Shown: positions 33,718 to 43,633 of the stretch, piece by piece
Layout: every line of letters begins with the position of its first letter
How positions within the stretch are numbered: the stretch's first letter is position 1
Source of the DNA: an uncultured Alphaproteobacteria bacterium
GTDB lineage: Bacteria; Pseudomonadota; Alphaproteobacteria; MPNO01; DASWLB01
Reading direction: 5' to 3'
Assembly (NCBI GenBank): GCA_963826605.1
Contig: CAWGXN010000005.1
Span: 392,116-456,115 of the forward strand
Length of the DNA stretch: 64,000 nucleotides
Made by a program: the position numbers and the translations under genes
Notes under the pieces: generated by a model
What the model was told of the DNA's origin: nothing
The model's database searches: none
The model's input: the letters and a program-made list of their open reading frames with translations, nothing else

Positions 33718-35148
33718 ATGTGGCCCTTTCGGCTTGCCGCCGCCGCGGCGGCATTGGTGTTTTCCCTCGTCGCCTCGGTGGCGCCGGCGCTGTCGGAGGG
33801 GATGGGCCTGATCCGCGATTCCGAGATCGAATCCACCATCCGCACCTTCGTCACCCCGCTGTTCAACGCGGCCGGGCTCGATCCCGACGCGGTCAAGGTC
33901 TACATCATTGATCAAAACGCGCTCAACTCGTTCGTGACGGGTGGGCAGAACATCTTCATCACGACGGGCCTCCTGATGCGCGCCGAGAGCGCCGGCCAGG
34001 TGATCGGCGTGGTGGCGCATGAGACGGGCCATATCGAGCATGGCGACCTGGCGCGCACGGCGGGCGAGCTGGCCGGCATCCAGAACGAGGCGCTGGCCGC
34101 GCAGATCCTGGGGATCCTGCTCGCCATCGGCACCGGCAACGGCGGCGCGGCCGCGGCGGCGGCGGCCGGCGGAGCGCAGCTCGCCCAGCGCTCGTTCCTC
34201 AGCTATTCGCGCGGCCAGGAGGCGTCGGCCGACCAGGCGGCGGTGAAGCTTCTCGACGCGACGCACCAGTCCGCGCGCGGGCTGCTCGATTTCTTCCGCA
34301 TCCTCGACAGCGAGACGCTGCTGGCCGGCGCGCATCTCGACCCGTATTTGCAGACCCACCCGCTGACCCCGGAACGCATCGCGTTCGTGAAGAACTGGGT
34401 CGCCCATTCGAACTACACGGACGTCCCGGAGAAGCCCGAGTTCAAGCGCCGCTTCGCCATGATGCGCGCCAAGCTGGTCGGCTTTCTCCAGCCGCTCGGC
34501 CAGGTGCTGCGCGCCTATCCCGACAAGGACCAGTCCGTCGCCGGGCGCTATGCCCGCGCCATCGCCTATTACCGGGCGGGGCAGCTTTCGACCGCGCTCC
34601 CCTTGATCGACCGGCTGATCGCCGAGCAGCCCGACAACCCCTTCTTCCACGAGGTGAAGGGGCAGATGCTGTTCGAGCACGGCAAGCTCGCCGAGGCGCA
34701 TTCGGAGTACCAGGACATGGTCCGCCTCGCCCCGGGCGAGCCGCTGCTGCGGACCGAGCTCGCCCACGTGCTGATCGAAACCGGCGACAAGGACAACAAC
34801 CGCAAGGCGCTGGCGAACCTGAACGCGGCCCTCGAAATCGACAACACGAACGCCCAGACGTGGCAGCTCGCCGCCACCGCCTACGGGCGGGACGGGCAGA
34901 TGGGCATGTCCGCGCTCTCGAACGCCGAGTACAATCTGCTGATCGGCCGCAAGGGCGACGCGCGCGGCCAGGCGAGCCGCGCCGAGCGGCTGCTGCCGCG
35001 CGGATCGCCGGGCTGGCTCCGCGCCCAGGACATCGAGAACACGATCCGCGCCGACGGCGAGCGACGAGTCCGACCGGCCGCGGCGGGTTCCGGTTCGAGA
35101 TGCGGTAGGGCCCTCTGCTCGTCGTCGGGCGGGGCGGGCGCTATTTGA
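33718..35148 (+). CDS. M48 family metalloprotease with TPR repeats (BepA/YfgC-like); C-terminus possibly frameshifted
   Basis: Signal peptide, LIRDSEIE, AHETGH, YSRGQEASAD, THP. Confidence 0.88.
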   Translation: MWPFRLAAAAAALVFSLVASVAPALSEGMGLIRDSEIESTIRTFVTPLFNAAGLDPDAVKVYIIDQNALNSFVTGGQNIFITTGLLMRAESAGQVIGVVAHETGHIEHGDLARTAGELAGIQNEALAAQILGILLAIGTGNGGAAAAAAAGGAQLAQRSFLSYSRGQEASADQAAVKLLDATHQSARGLLDFFRILDSETLLAGAHLDPYLQTHPLTPERIAFVKNWVAHSNYTDVPEKPEFKRRFAMMRAKLVGFLQPLGQVLRAYPDKDQSVAGRYARAIAYYRAGQLSTALPLIDRLIAEQPDNPFFHEVKGQMLFEHGKLAEAHSEYQDMVRLAPGEPLLRTELAHVLIETGDKDNNRKALANLNAALEIDNTNAQTWQLAATAYGRDGQMGMSALSNAEYNLLIGRKGDARGQASRAERLLPRGSPGWLRAQDIENTIRADGERRVRPAAAGSGSRCGRALCSSSGGAGAI

Positions 35149-35792
35149 TGAATTCCGCCTCGGGCTGGCGCGCCGGCTCGGCGTCGGCAAAGGCATCCAG
35201 CTTCATGCATTCGGCGAACACGCCCATCAGCCGCGGATAGGCGTCCAGCGGGCACTCGTAGCGCTGGGCGTTGAACACTTGCGGCACCAGGCAGATGTCG
35301 GCAAGGCCGGGCGCGTCGCCGTGGCAGAACCGGCCCGTCCGCCGGGTCGTTCGCCAGGAACGATTCCAGCGCCTCGAACCCCAGCCTGATCCAGTGGTGG
35401 TACCAGGCGTTCACCTGGGCGTCGTCGGCCGCCAGGTTGGCGCGCAGATAGGCGAGCACGGCGGCGTTGTTCAGCGGATGGATGTCGCAGGCGATGATCT
35501 GGGCCAGGCCGCGCACGCGCGCCCGTTCCGTGGCGTCCTTCGGCAGGAAGGGCGGGCTCGGGTGCGTTTCGTCGAGATACTCGATGATGGCGAGCGACTG
35601 GATCAGCACCGTCCCGTCGTCGAGCTCGAGCGACGGCACGCGCCCCTGCGGATTGACCCGGCGGTAGGCCTCGCCGGTCTGCTCGCGCTTGGCGAAGTTG
35701 ACCAGCACCGGCTCGGCCTGAAGCCCCTTGAGGTTGAGCGCGATCCGCAGCCGGAACGCGGCCGACGACCGGAAGAACCCGTAATGCTTCAT
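35141..35792 (-). CDS. maiA: Maleylacetoacetate isomerase (GST zeta), frameshift near 35340
   Basis: FRSSAAFRLRIALNLKG, NPQGRVP, IACDIHPLNN. Confidence 0.9.
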
Positions 35793-35844
35793 CGCTGCCC
35801 TCCCTTGGGTTGCCGGGGGCGGCGAGACTAGCAGCGGCGCGCCG

Positions 35845-36978
35845 TCAGATATAGTGTTGGCGCAGCGGCGGGAATCCGTTGAAGCCCACCGAGCAGTAGC
35901 TCGCCGTGTAGGCGCCGGTCGCGTGAATCTCGATCCTGTCGCCGGCGGCGAGGTCGAGCGGCATCTCGTAGCCCGCCTTGTCGTACAGCACGTCGACCTC
36001 GTCGCAGGTCGGCCCGGCCAGCACCACCGGCCCGGTCGGGCCGCCGTCCTTCGGCGTCGTGATGCGGTACTGGATGGCCTCGCCCATCGTCTCGGGCAGG
36101 CCGCCGAACTTGCCGATATCGAGATAGACCCAGCGCCGCGCCTCGTCGTACGACTTGCGCGACACCAGCACCACCTCGGCCTGGATAATGCCGGCGTCGC
36201 CGACGAGCCCGCGGCCCGGCTCCAGCACCATGCGCGGCAGGCGGTTGCCGAAATGGCGGGTCATCGCGTTCATGATGGACGCGGCGTAGTCCTCGAGCGG
36301 CGGCACGTCGGCGCGGTAGCGCGCCGGGAACCCGCCGCCCAGATTGATCATGCGGAGCTCGATGCCGCGCGCGGCGAGGTCGGAGAACAGCAGCGCCGTC
36401 TTGCCGATGGCGACGTCCCACTGCTCCGGGTTGCGCTGCTGCGAGCCGACATGGAACGACACGCCGTAGGGGTCGAGCCCCTTGTCGCGCGCGGCTTCCA
36501 GCAGGTCGGCGGCCATCGCCATGTCGCAGCCGAACTTGTCCGACAGCGGCCAGTCGGCGCTGGCGCTGCCGTCGATCAGGAGGCGGCAGAACACCTTCGC
36601 GCCCGGCGCGGCGCGGGAAAGCTTGTCGAGCTCCTCGGCCGAATCGAAGGCGAAGATGCCGATGCCCAGCGCGTGCGCGCGGGCGATGTCGGCCTCCTTC
36701 TTCACCGTGTGGCCGAACGACAGATTATCGGGCGCGGCGCCGCAGGCGAGGCAGCTCTCGATCTCGTAGATCGAGGCGGCGTCGAGGCTCGCGCCCAGCG
36801 GGATCAGCCGGCGCAGGATCTGCGGCGCCGGGTTGGCCTTCACGGCATAGAAGATGCGTGCCAGCGGCAGCGCGTCGGCGAGCGCGCGGTAGTTCGCCTC
36901 GATCGCCTCCAGGTCGACGACCAGGCAGGGGGTCGGCGGGCGCTCACGGTCGAGGAATTCGCGGATCCTCGCGGTCAT
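35845..36978 (-). CDS. Type III PLP ornithine/lysine decarboxylase
   Basis: FYAVKAN, KFGC, SFHVGSQ, NLGGGF, EPGR, GPTCD, GAYT. Confidence 0.93.
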   Translation of the reverse strand: MTARIREFLDRERPPTPCLVVDLEAIEANYRALADALPLARIFYAVKANPAPQILRRLIPLGASLDAASIYEIESCLACGAAPDNLSFGHTVKKEADIARAHALGIGIFAFDSAEELDKLSRAAPGAKVFCRLLIDGSASADWPLSDKFGCDMAMAADLLEAARDKGLDPYGVSFHVGSQQRNPEQWDVAIGKTALLFSDLAARGIELRMINLGGGFPARYRADVPPLEDYAASIMNAMTRHFGNRLPRMVLEPGRGLVGDAGIIQAEVVLVSRKSYDEARRWVYLDIGKFGGLPETMGEAIQYRITTPKDGGPTGPVVLAGPTCDEVDVLYDKAGYEMPLDLAAGDRIEIHATGAYTASYCSVGFNGFPPLRQHYI

Positions 36979-37054
36979 CGGCGGTACTCCAGCCAGTAGA
37001 AACCAGAACCGCCGCCTAACGGCCGAGGGCCGGATGCGGACAGCAGAGCGGCGC

Positions 37055-37082
37055 GTTATACGCCGAAATCCGGTCGTGTAAA
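37055..37082 (-). promoter_or_regulatory. Sigma70-type promoter of the decarboxylase gene
   Basis: Minus strand TTTACA-N16-TATAAC. Confidence 0.55.
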
Positions 37083-37134
37083 CAGAATTCGGGACCCGCG
37101 CGCGAGATTCTCGATGGGCGCTGCGACCGCGGCG

Positions 37135-37576
37135 TCAGACCATGTCGGAGAGGTAGCGCAGCGCCACCATGGCGGCGAGCCCGAACAGCGCGATCAGCGA
37201 GAACAGCCCGATCAGGCGGAACGGGTTGGACTTGCGCGCCTTGGCGGCGCGCACCGCCTCGGCCCGCTTGCGCACCTTCTCCTGCGCCTGGACGGTGCGC
37301 TGGCGCTGGACGTGCTCACGCACCTCGCGCGTGCGCTCGAGCGCCTGGGCGTTGGCTTCGGCGATCTTGGTGCCGCGGAAGATGGTGCGGATCTTGGTCT
37401 TCTGGGTGCCTTCGTCGAACTCTTCTTCGATCACCCGCACCCCCGGGTGGCGTCCGGATTCATCCATCCGCTGCGCTTCGAACAGCGCAAGGTCGCGGTC
37501 GTCGAAGATCGAAGTCGATCTTCCATTTCCCGCCCTGGAATGTGTGGATTTCGTAGGCCTTCAGGCTGGTGCTCAT
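37135..37576 (-). CDS. Hypothetical protein with a C-terminal membrane anchor (frameshift near 37515)
   Basis: MSTSLKAYEIHTFQGGKWKID continues into IFDDRDLALFEAQRMDESG; C-terminal TM helix. Confidence 0.7.
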
Positions 37577-37591
37577 GGGCGTGCCGCCGGC

Positions 37592-38053
37592 CTAGGTCGC
37601 GACGACTTCGCGGCAGTTCGCCGCGCAGACCAGCGCCGCGATGGCGTGGCCGTCCTCGCTGGTGGGCAGGATGATCGAGCGGTACAGGAAGGTGATGCCG
37701 CGCCCGTCGCGGAACGAGCCGCCGCGCGAGACGGGCACCTGCTTGCGCATCACCTCTTCGAGATAGGTGACGGGCTGGGCCGGCAGGATGTCCTGTTCCA
37801 GGTCGCCGACGCGCGCGCCGGGCAGCGACCTGGCCGCGTACGAGGCGATGGTCCGGCCGGCCCGCAGGATGCGCGGGTTGTGCGCATCCTCGGCGATGTC
37901 GAGGACGAAGCAGAAGGGCCACAGCTCCGGCACCTCGCGCTCGTCGAAGCATGCTGCGGACGGCCATGGCAGGGAGCCGCGCGCACCGCGCCAGTATTCG
38001 AGCAGGCGCAGCACCATGCGCCGCTCTTTGCCGGTGCGATGCTCTTCCGTCAC
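37592..38053 (-). CDS. Standalone PAS-like domain protein
   Basis: LLEYW...RG..PWP, CFVLD, YRSIILP. Confidence 0.7.
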   Translation of the reverse strand: MTEEHRTGKERRMVLRLLEYWRGARGSLPWPSAACFDEREVPELWPFCFVLDIAEDAHNPRILRAGRTIASYAARSLPGARVGDLEQDILPAQPVTYLEEVMRKQVPVSRGGSFRDGRGITFLYRSIILPTSEDGHAIAALVCAANCREVVAT

Positions 38054-38224
38054 GCTGACCTCGCTGGAAATGCCTGTGAATGCGGGCCTTTACCAACGAA
38101 GTTTGCGACGATTTGATTAAATTCCCGTAAATCGGCCGGCAACGCCACCACCCCCGCACGCGGGCGCGGGCGGGGGTGGCGGGCGGGAGTGGCGGGGGGC
38201 GGGCCGGGCCCCTCGGTCAGCGCG

Positions 38225-39562
38225 TCAGCGGGTCAGCCAGGCGCGCTTGCGCACGGTGCAGACCGCGTAGGGGAAGATCCAGAACAGGGCGACCGAGGCG
38301 AAGTATGCGTACAGCACCCCGTAAAGGAAGTCGAACGACCGTTCGCTGCGCAGGAAGTAGAGCACGTTGAGCAGCGCCACGAGGCCCATCGCCGTCATCA
38401 TGCGCGGGATGGTGTTCGGGTCGCTGACGGCAAGCTGGACCATCAGGACCAGCGAGGCGTACAGCACCGGAAAGCGCAGATTGGTGATCAGCCGGTCGAC
38501 CAGCGCGATCACCCGGGTCACCAGCGGCCGCTTCCACACGATGCGGGCGAAGCGAAGCTCCTCGCGCACATAGCTGCGGTCCCAGCGCAGCAGCATCTTG
38601 CACAGCTTCTTGTAGCGCTGGGGCACCTCGGTATGCACCACGGCGGCGCGCTGGTAGACCGTGTCATAGCCGGCGTCGAGCAGGAAGTTGGTCATCGCGC
38701 GGTCTTCGCCGAACGTGCAGCGGGCGCCCAGGAAGTGCTGGTTGCGCCAGCGCTCCAGCACGCCACGCACGGCCGAGGCGCGCAGCCCGGTCAGTGCGCC
38801 GGGGCAGCAGAACACGTTGCGGTACACCAATTCCACCGAGCGCAGGAAGTCGAACGACAGCACGTAGCGCACGTGCAGCATGCGCGGGATCAGCCCGTCG
38901 CGCCGATTATAGACCAGTACCTTGCCGGCCACGGCGCCGACCCGGGGGTTGGCGAACGGCCCGGCGAGGGCGAGCAGCGCGTCGGGCTCGATCACGCTGT
39001 CGGAATCGATGGTGACCAGGATGTCGCCCTTGGCGCGGTCGAAGCCCAGCGCCAGCGCCTCGCGCTTGCCGCGGTTGCGGTCCTGCTGCAGGGGCGTGAC
39101 CAGCCCGGGATAGCGCGCGGCGGCCTCACTGATCCAGTGCCAGGTGTCGTCCTTCGAGCCGTCGTCGATGACGATGATCTCCAGCCGGTCGCGCGGGTAG
39201 TGCGCGGCGGCCACCGCCTCGATCGACTTCAGCACCATCTGCCCCTCGTTATAGGCCGGGATCACGACCGTCATTTTCGGCGCGTCCTGGAAGCGTGTGG
39301 CAGGGAAGGGGCGGTACGACATCCACACCGCGGTGCGGAACAGCAGCAGCGCGGCACCCATCGCCGTCCATAGGATGGACGGGTAGAGGAACCACTTCAC
39401 CGACCGGTGCTGGTCGGCGAGCTCGATGAACCGGCCCCACAGGTTATGCGCCTGATAGGAGAAGGCCAGGACGACGGCGGCGAAGATGGCGGCATAGACG
39501 AACAGCGTCCATGCGTCCGTGCCGCCGGACGCCTGCCCACGCGCACGCGATAGTACTGTCAT
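38225..39562 (-). CDS. Processive GT2 glycosyltransferase, hyaluronan synthase/NodC-like
   Basis: IPAYNE, DDGSKD, GKREAL, DSDS, CCPG.L, GEDRAMTN, MLLRW; N- and C-terminal TM helices. Confidence 0.85.
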   Translation of the reverse strand: MTVLSRARGQASGGTDAWTLFVYAAIFAAVVLAFSYQAHNLWGRFIELADQHRSVKWFLYPSILWTAMGAALLLFRTAVWMSYRPFPATRFQDAPKMTVVIPAYNEGQMVLKSIEAVAAAHYPRDRLEIIVIDDGSKDDTWHWISEAAARYPGLVTPLQQDRNRGKREALALGFDRAKGDILVTIDSDSVIEPDALLALAGPFANPRVGAVAGKVLVYNRRDGLIPRMLHVRYVLSFDFLRSVELVYRNVFCCPGALTGLRASAVRGVLERWRNQHFLGARCTFGEDRAMTNFLLDAGYDTVYQRAAVVHTEVPQRYKKLCKMLLRWDRSYVREELRFARIVWKRPLVTRVIALVDRLITNLRFPVLYASLVLMVQLAVSDPNTIPRMMTAMGLVALLNVLYFLRSERSFDFLYGVLYAYFASVALFWIFPYAVCTVRKRAWLTR

Positions 39563-39843
39563 GACACTCCGTTCGGGGAGCCGCGCACCGCGCGGCCGCG
39601 CCCCCCACCATTCGGCCCCATGCGCGCCCGGCGCCCTCAGGCGCCGCTGCCGCTTCCGGCCGTCGGACGATTCCCACGCAGCAGGGGCGACGAATCCGGC
39701 GTTGATTCTTCGTTGATCCGTCGCCTGCAGGGCTTCTGCGTCACTCGGTCACGTCATGGTCACCGCCGACGCCGGCTGGGACCCGAATTCCGCCGCCCGA
39801 GCGTTGCCCGATTCGAGCCGCGTGCTATAACCGGAGGGGCCGA

Positions 39844-40317
39844 ATGCAGGGAACGCGCGCCTTGGCCTCACCACCGCGGACGTTGGTCCTCAACGGGCCG
39901 AACCTCAACATGTTGGGCAGCCGCGAGCCCGACATCTACGGCCACACCACCCTCGCCGAGGTCGAGGCGCTATGCCGAACTGCGGCCGAGCGGCTGGGGC
40001 TGGAGGTCGATTTCCGCCAGTCCAACAGCGAGGCGGAGCTGGTGACGTGGATCCAGGAGGCCAAGGACCGGGTGGCGGGCATCGTCATCAACGCCGCCGC
40101 CCTCACCCACACCTCGATCGCCATTTTGGATGCGCTCAAGCTCACCGAGCTGCCGGTGATCGAGCTGCACCTGTCGAACCCGATGAACCGCGAGCCGTTC
40201 CGCCGCCGGTCCTACGTCACCCCGGCCGCACGCGGGCTGATCTGCGGGTTCGGCCCGCAGGGCTACGTGCTGGCGCTCGAGGCGATGGCCCATCTTCTAG
40301 CCGAGCCGGGCGGCTGA
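39844..40317 (+). CDS. aroQ: Type II 3-dehydroquinate dehydratase
   Basis: LNGPNLNMLGSREP.IYG, QSNSE, THTS, ELHLSN. Confidence 0.95.
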   Translation: MQGTRALASPPRTLVLNGPNLNMLGSREPDIYGHTTLAEVEALCRTAAERLGLEVDFRQSNSEAELVTWIQEAKDRVAGIVINAAALTHTSIAILDALKLTELPVIELHLSNPMNREPFRRRSYVTPAARGLICGFGPQGYVLALEAMAHLLAEPGG

Positions 40318-40757
40318 TGGCGCCGGTCAAGCTCGACCCCGACCTGATCCGCAGCCTCGCCGCCCTCCTCGAGGAAACCGGCCTCAGCGAAATCGAGCTG
40401 GGCGAAGGCAGCGCCCGCGTCCGGGTGGCACGCCCCGGACCCGCCGCGCAGGGCCATTCGGCGCCCGTTGCGCACGGGCCCGCCGCGGCCGTGCCACCGC
40501 AGGCGCCGGTCGCGGCCGAGCATCCCGGACTGGTCAAGGCGCCGCTGGTCGGCACCGTCTACCTGGCGCCCGAGCCCGGCGCCGCCGCGTTCGTCAAGGC
40601 GGGCGACATGGTGGCCGAGGGCCAGACTCTGGCGCTGATCGAGGCGATGAAGACGTTCAACCCGGTGCGCGCGCCACGCGCCGGGCGGGTGGTGCGCATC
40701 CTGGTCAGCGACGGCACCCCCGTGGAGTACGGCGAAGGGCTGATGATCCTGGAATAC
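40317..40757 (+). CDS. accB: Acetyl-CoA carboxylase biotin carboxyl carrier protein (stop codon missing in this sequence)
   Basis: LSEIE, APLVGT.Y, IEAMKTFN. Confidence 0.92.
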
Positions 40758-42112
40758 ATGTTCGACAAGGTCCTGATCGCCAACCGGGGGGAGATCGCGC
40801 TGCGGATCCACCGCGCCTGCCACGAGATGGGCATCCAGACCGTGGCGGTGCATTCGACGGCGGATTCGGACGCGATGCATGTGCGCCTCGCCGACGAGAG
40901 CGTGTGCATCGGCGAGGCGCCGGCGCGGGCGAGCTACCTCAACATGCCCGCCATCGTCTCGGCGGCGATCGTCACCAACGCCGACGCGATCCACCCCGGC
41001 TACGGCTTCCTGTCAGCGAGAACGCCCGCTTCGCCGAGATCGTCGAGGAGCACGGCATCGCCTTCATCGGCCCGGCCGCCGAGCCATATCCGGCTGATGG
41101 GCGACAAGGTGGCGGCCAAGGCCGAGATGCGCCGGCTGGGCGTGCCCGTCGTGCCCGGCACGGTCGAGCCCGTCGGCGGCGACAACGAGGCCATCGCCGC
41201 GGCCGAGGATATCGGCTACCCGGTGCTGATCAAGGCGGTGGGCGGCGGCGGCGGGCGCGGCATGAAGCGCGTCGCAAGGCGCGAGGAGATGTCGGAAGCG
41301 CTGGCGACCGCCCGCGCCGAGGCGCCAGGCCGCCTTCGGCGAGCCGCGCGCTCTATGTCGAGAAGCTGCTGCACCCGGCCACGCCACATCGAGATCCAGG
41401 TGCTGGCCGACGGGGCGCGGCAACGTGGTCCATCTCGGCGAGCGCGACTGCTCCATCCAGCGCCGCCACCAGAAGGTGATCGAGGAGGCGGGCTCGCCCG
41501 GCCTCAACCGCGCCCAGCGCGACCGGCTGGGCGAGACGGTGCGCGCCGCGATGGCGGGGCTCGGCTATCGCAACGCCGGCACGATGGAGTTCCTGTACGA
41601 GGACGGCGCGTTCCACTTCATCGAGATGAACACGCGGCTGCAGGTCGAGCATCCGGTGACCGAGATGATCACCGGCATCGACATCGTGCGCGAGCAGATC
41701 CGCGTCGCCGCCGGCCTGCCGCTCGGGTTCGGCCAGGACGAGGTGCGGTTCTTCGGCCACGCGATCGAGTGCCGCATCAACGCCGAGAATCGCCCGTCAC
41801 CTTCCGCCCTTCGCCGGGGCGCGTCGGCCGAATACCATCCGCCGGGCGGGCCGGGCGTGCGCGCCGATTCGGCGCTCTATTCCGGCTACACCATCCCGCC
41901 GCACTACGATTCAGCTGGTCTCCAAGCTCGTGGTGCATGGCGCGACGCGCAACGAGGCGCTGATGCGGCTCCGCCGCGCGCTCGAGGAATACGTGATCGG
42001 CGGCATCGAGACGACCATCCCGCTGCATAGACGGATTCTCTGCGAGCCCGACTTCGTGAACGGCGCCTACGACACCACCTGGCTCGAACGGCTGATGGAG
42101 CGGGAAGGGTAG
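40758..42112 (+). CDS. accC: Biotin carboxylase (multiple frameshifts)
   Basis: [50 protein letters not shown]. Confidence 0.95.
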
Positions 42113-42440
42113 GACGCCGCGCGTGATATGATGATGCCGATATGTTTGCTGCGCGTCGCATCCGCATCGTCGGCCACGCGGGGCAGGGGCATCAGCGCGA
42201 AGCCGTCGGACATGGTGAACGGGTGTTTGTCTGGATGCCGCGCACCGCCTCGTCGGCATCGTCGCCGACCGTCAGCGTGTCGGCATCGAGCTGGATCGCG
42301 TATTCCGTCTCGGACCGGTCGAGCAGGTAGAGCAGCCGTTCCCACGTGCCGCCGCGCTGGCAGCCGCCGACGGGTATGTCCTCGAGGATCACGAACTCGA
42401 TCCCCGGGACGTGATGCTCCTTGAAGGCCCCGGTCCTGAT
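42113..42440 (-). pseudogene. Internal fragment of an unrelated, possibly glycosyltransferase-like gene
   Basis: Protein-like stretch HVPGIEFVILEDIPVGGCQRGGTWERLLYLLDRSETEYAIQLDAD with a DxD; no proper start or end. Confidence 0.55.
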
Positions 42441-42574
42441 GTTCTTGCGCAGGCGGAATAAACGGGACGACGCATAGGGGTCGGTGCGCCGGGTCTTGTC
42501 AACCGCGGCCCCCCTCGACGCCGCACGCGCGCCGCCCCCTCCCGCCCGGGCACGTCGCGCACTAGATTATCGTA

Positions 42575-43225
42575 ATGTCCGCCCTCACGCCGGAAATCCT
42601 GCTGCGCGCCTATTCCGTCGGGCTGTTCCCGATGGCCGAGCGGCGCGACGACCCCACCCTCTACTGGATCGATCCCGAGAAGCGGGGCATCCTGCCGCTC
42701 GGTGCGTTTCACGTGCCGCGCCGGCTGCGCCGCACCGTGCGCGCCGGCCGGTTCGAGGTGCGCTGCGACACGGCCTTCCGCGAGGTGATGGAGGCGTGCG
42801 CCGCGCCGGCGCCGGGCCGCGCCGAATCCTGGATCAACGAGGAGATCCTCCGGCTCTACGAGGCCCTGCACCGCATGGGCCGCGCCCACTCGGTCGAGTG
42901 CTGGCGCGACGGCGACCTCGTCGGGGGGCTATACGGCGTGGCGCTGGGCGCGGCGTTCTTCGGCGAAAGCATGTTCAGCCGCGAGACCGACGTCTCGAAG
43001 GTGGCGCTGGTGCATCTCGTCGCCCGGCTGGCGAAGGGCGGGTTCCGCCTGCTCGACACCCAGTTCGTGACTGACCATCTCGCGCAGTTCGGCGCGGTCG
43101 AGATCCACCGCGACGGCTATCGCGCGCTCCTGGCCGACGCGCTCGACATCAGCGCGACCTTCTATTCGGAACTCGGCGCGGACGAGCTCGACGCGTTCTT
43201 GCAGTCGAGCACCCACACGTCATAG
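42575..43225 (+). CDS. aat: Leucyl/phenylalanyl-tRNA--protein transferase
   Basis: [34 protein letters not shown]. Confidence 0.95.
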   Translation: MSALTPEILLRAYSVGLFPMAERRDDPTLYWIDPEKRGILPLGAFHVPRRLRRTVRAGRFEVRCDTAFREVMEACAAPAPGRAESWINEEILRLYEALHRMGRAHSVECWRDGDLVGGLYGVALGAAFFGESMFSRETDVSKVALVHLVARLAKGGFRLLDTQFVTDHLAQFGAVEIHRDGYRALLADALDISATFYSELGADELDAFLQSSTHTS

Positions 43226-43633
43226 ACGGGATTCTCCAGCGCGCTCAGTGCCGGCGACGACGCGAACATCCAGCCGGAAAAGATCCGCACCGGGTTTTCG
43301 CCCGGTTTTGCGTCGCGGAATCTCGAGGAAGGCGGCGCTCTCCGGCGTTTCCTCCGGCGGGCGCTTGCGGCAGGTGCGGGCGGTGATCTCGAGCGAGCCG
43401 AACTTCACCGTCTTGCCGACCGGCGCATCGAAGGTCGAGACGCGTGCCGTCACCTTGTCGAGCCCCTGCATCACCACCTCGTCCAGCGTGAGCCAGTTCT
43501 CGTCGTTCGCGGCCGGCGCCGCCGTCCCGCCCGCCACCAGCAGGGCGACGGCGAGGGCGATGGCGCCGCCGGCGATCCGCTGAGCGCGGGCCGGCCTCGG
43601 GCGAGGCGTCTGTCGGTGTCCGTCAGGTGTCAT
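43162..43633 (-). CDS. DUF2155 domain protein (frameshift near 43315); 3' end overlaps aat
   Basis: [21 protein letters not shown], then [28 protein letters not shown] in the shifted frame. Confidence 0.85.

Noticed and set aside
36979-37134. speF leader RNA or leader peptide upstream of the ornithine decarboxylase
   Set aside because: The predicted promoter leaves only about 70 nt of UTR, and no Arg-rich leader ORF was recognised
38225-39562. Nodulation (nod) cluster
   Set aside because: No nodA, nodB, nodD or nodIJ and no nod box; only a lone GT2
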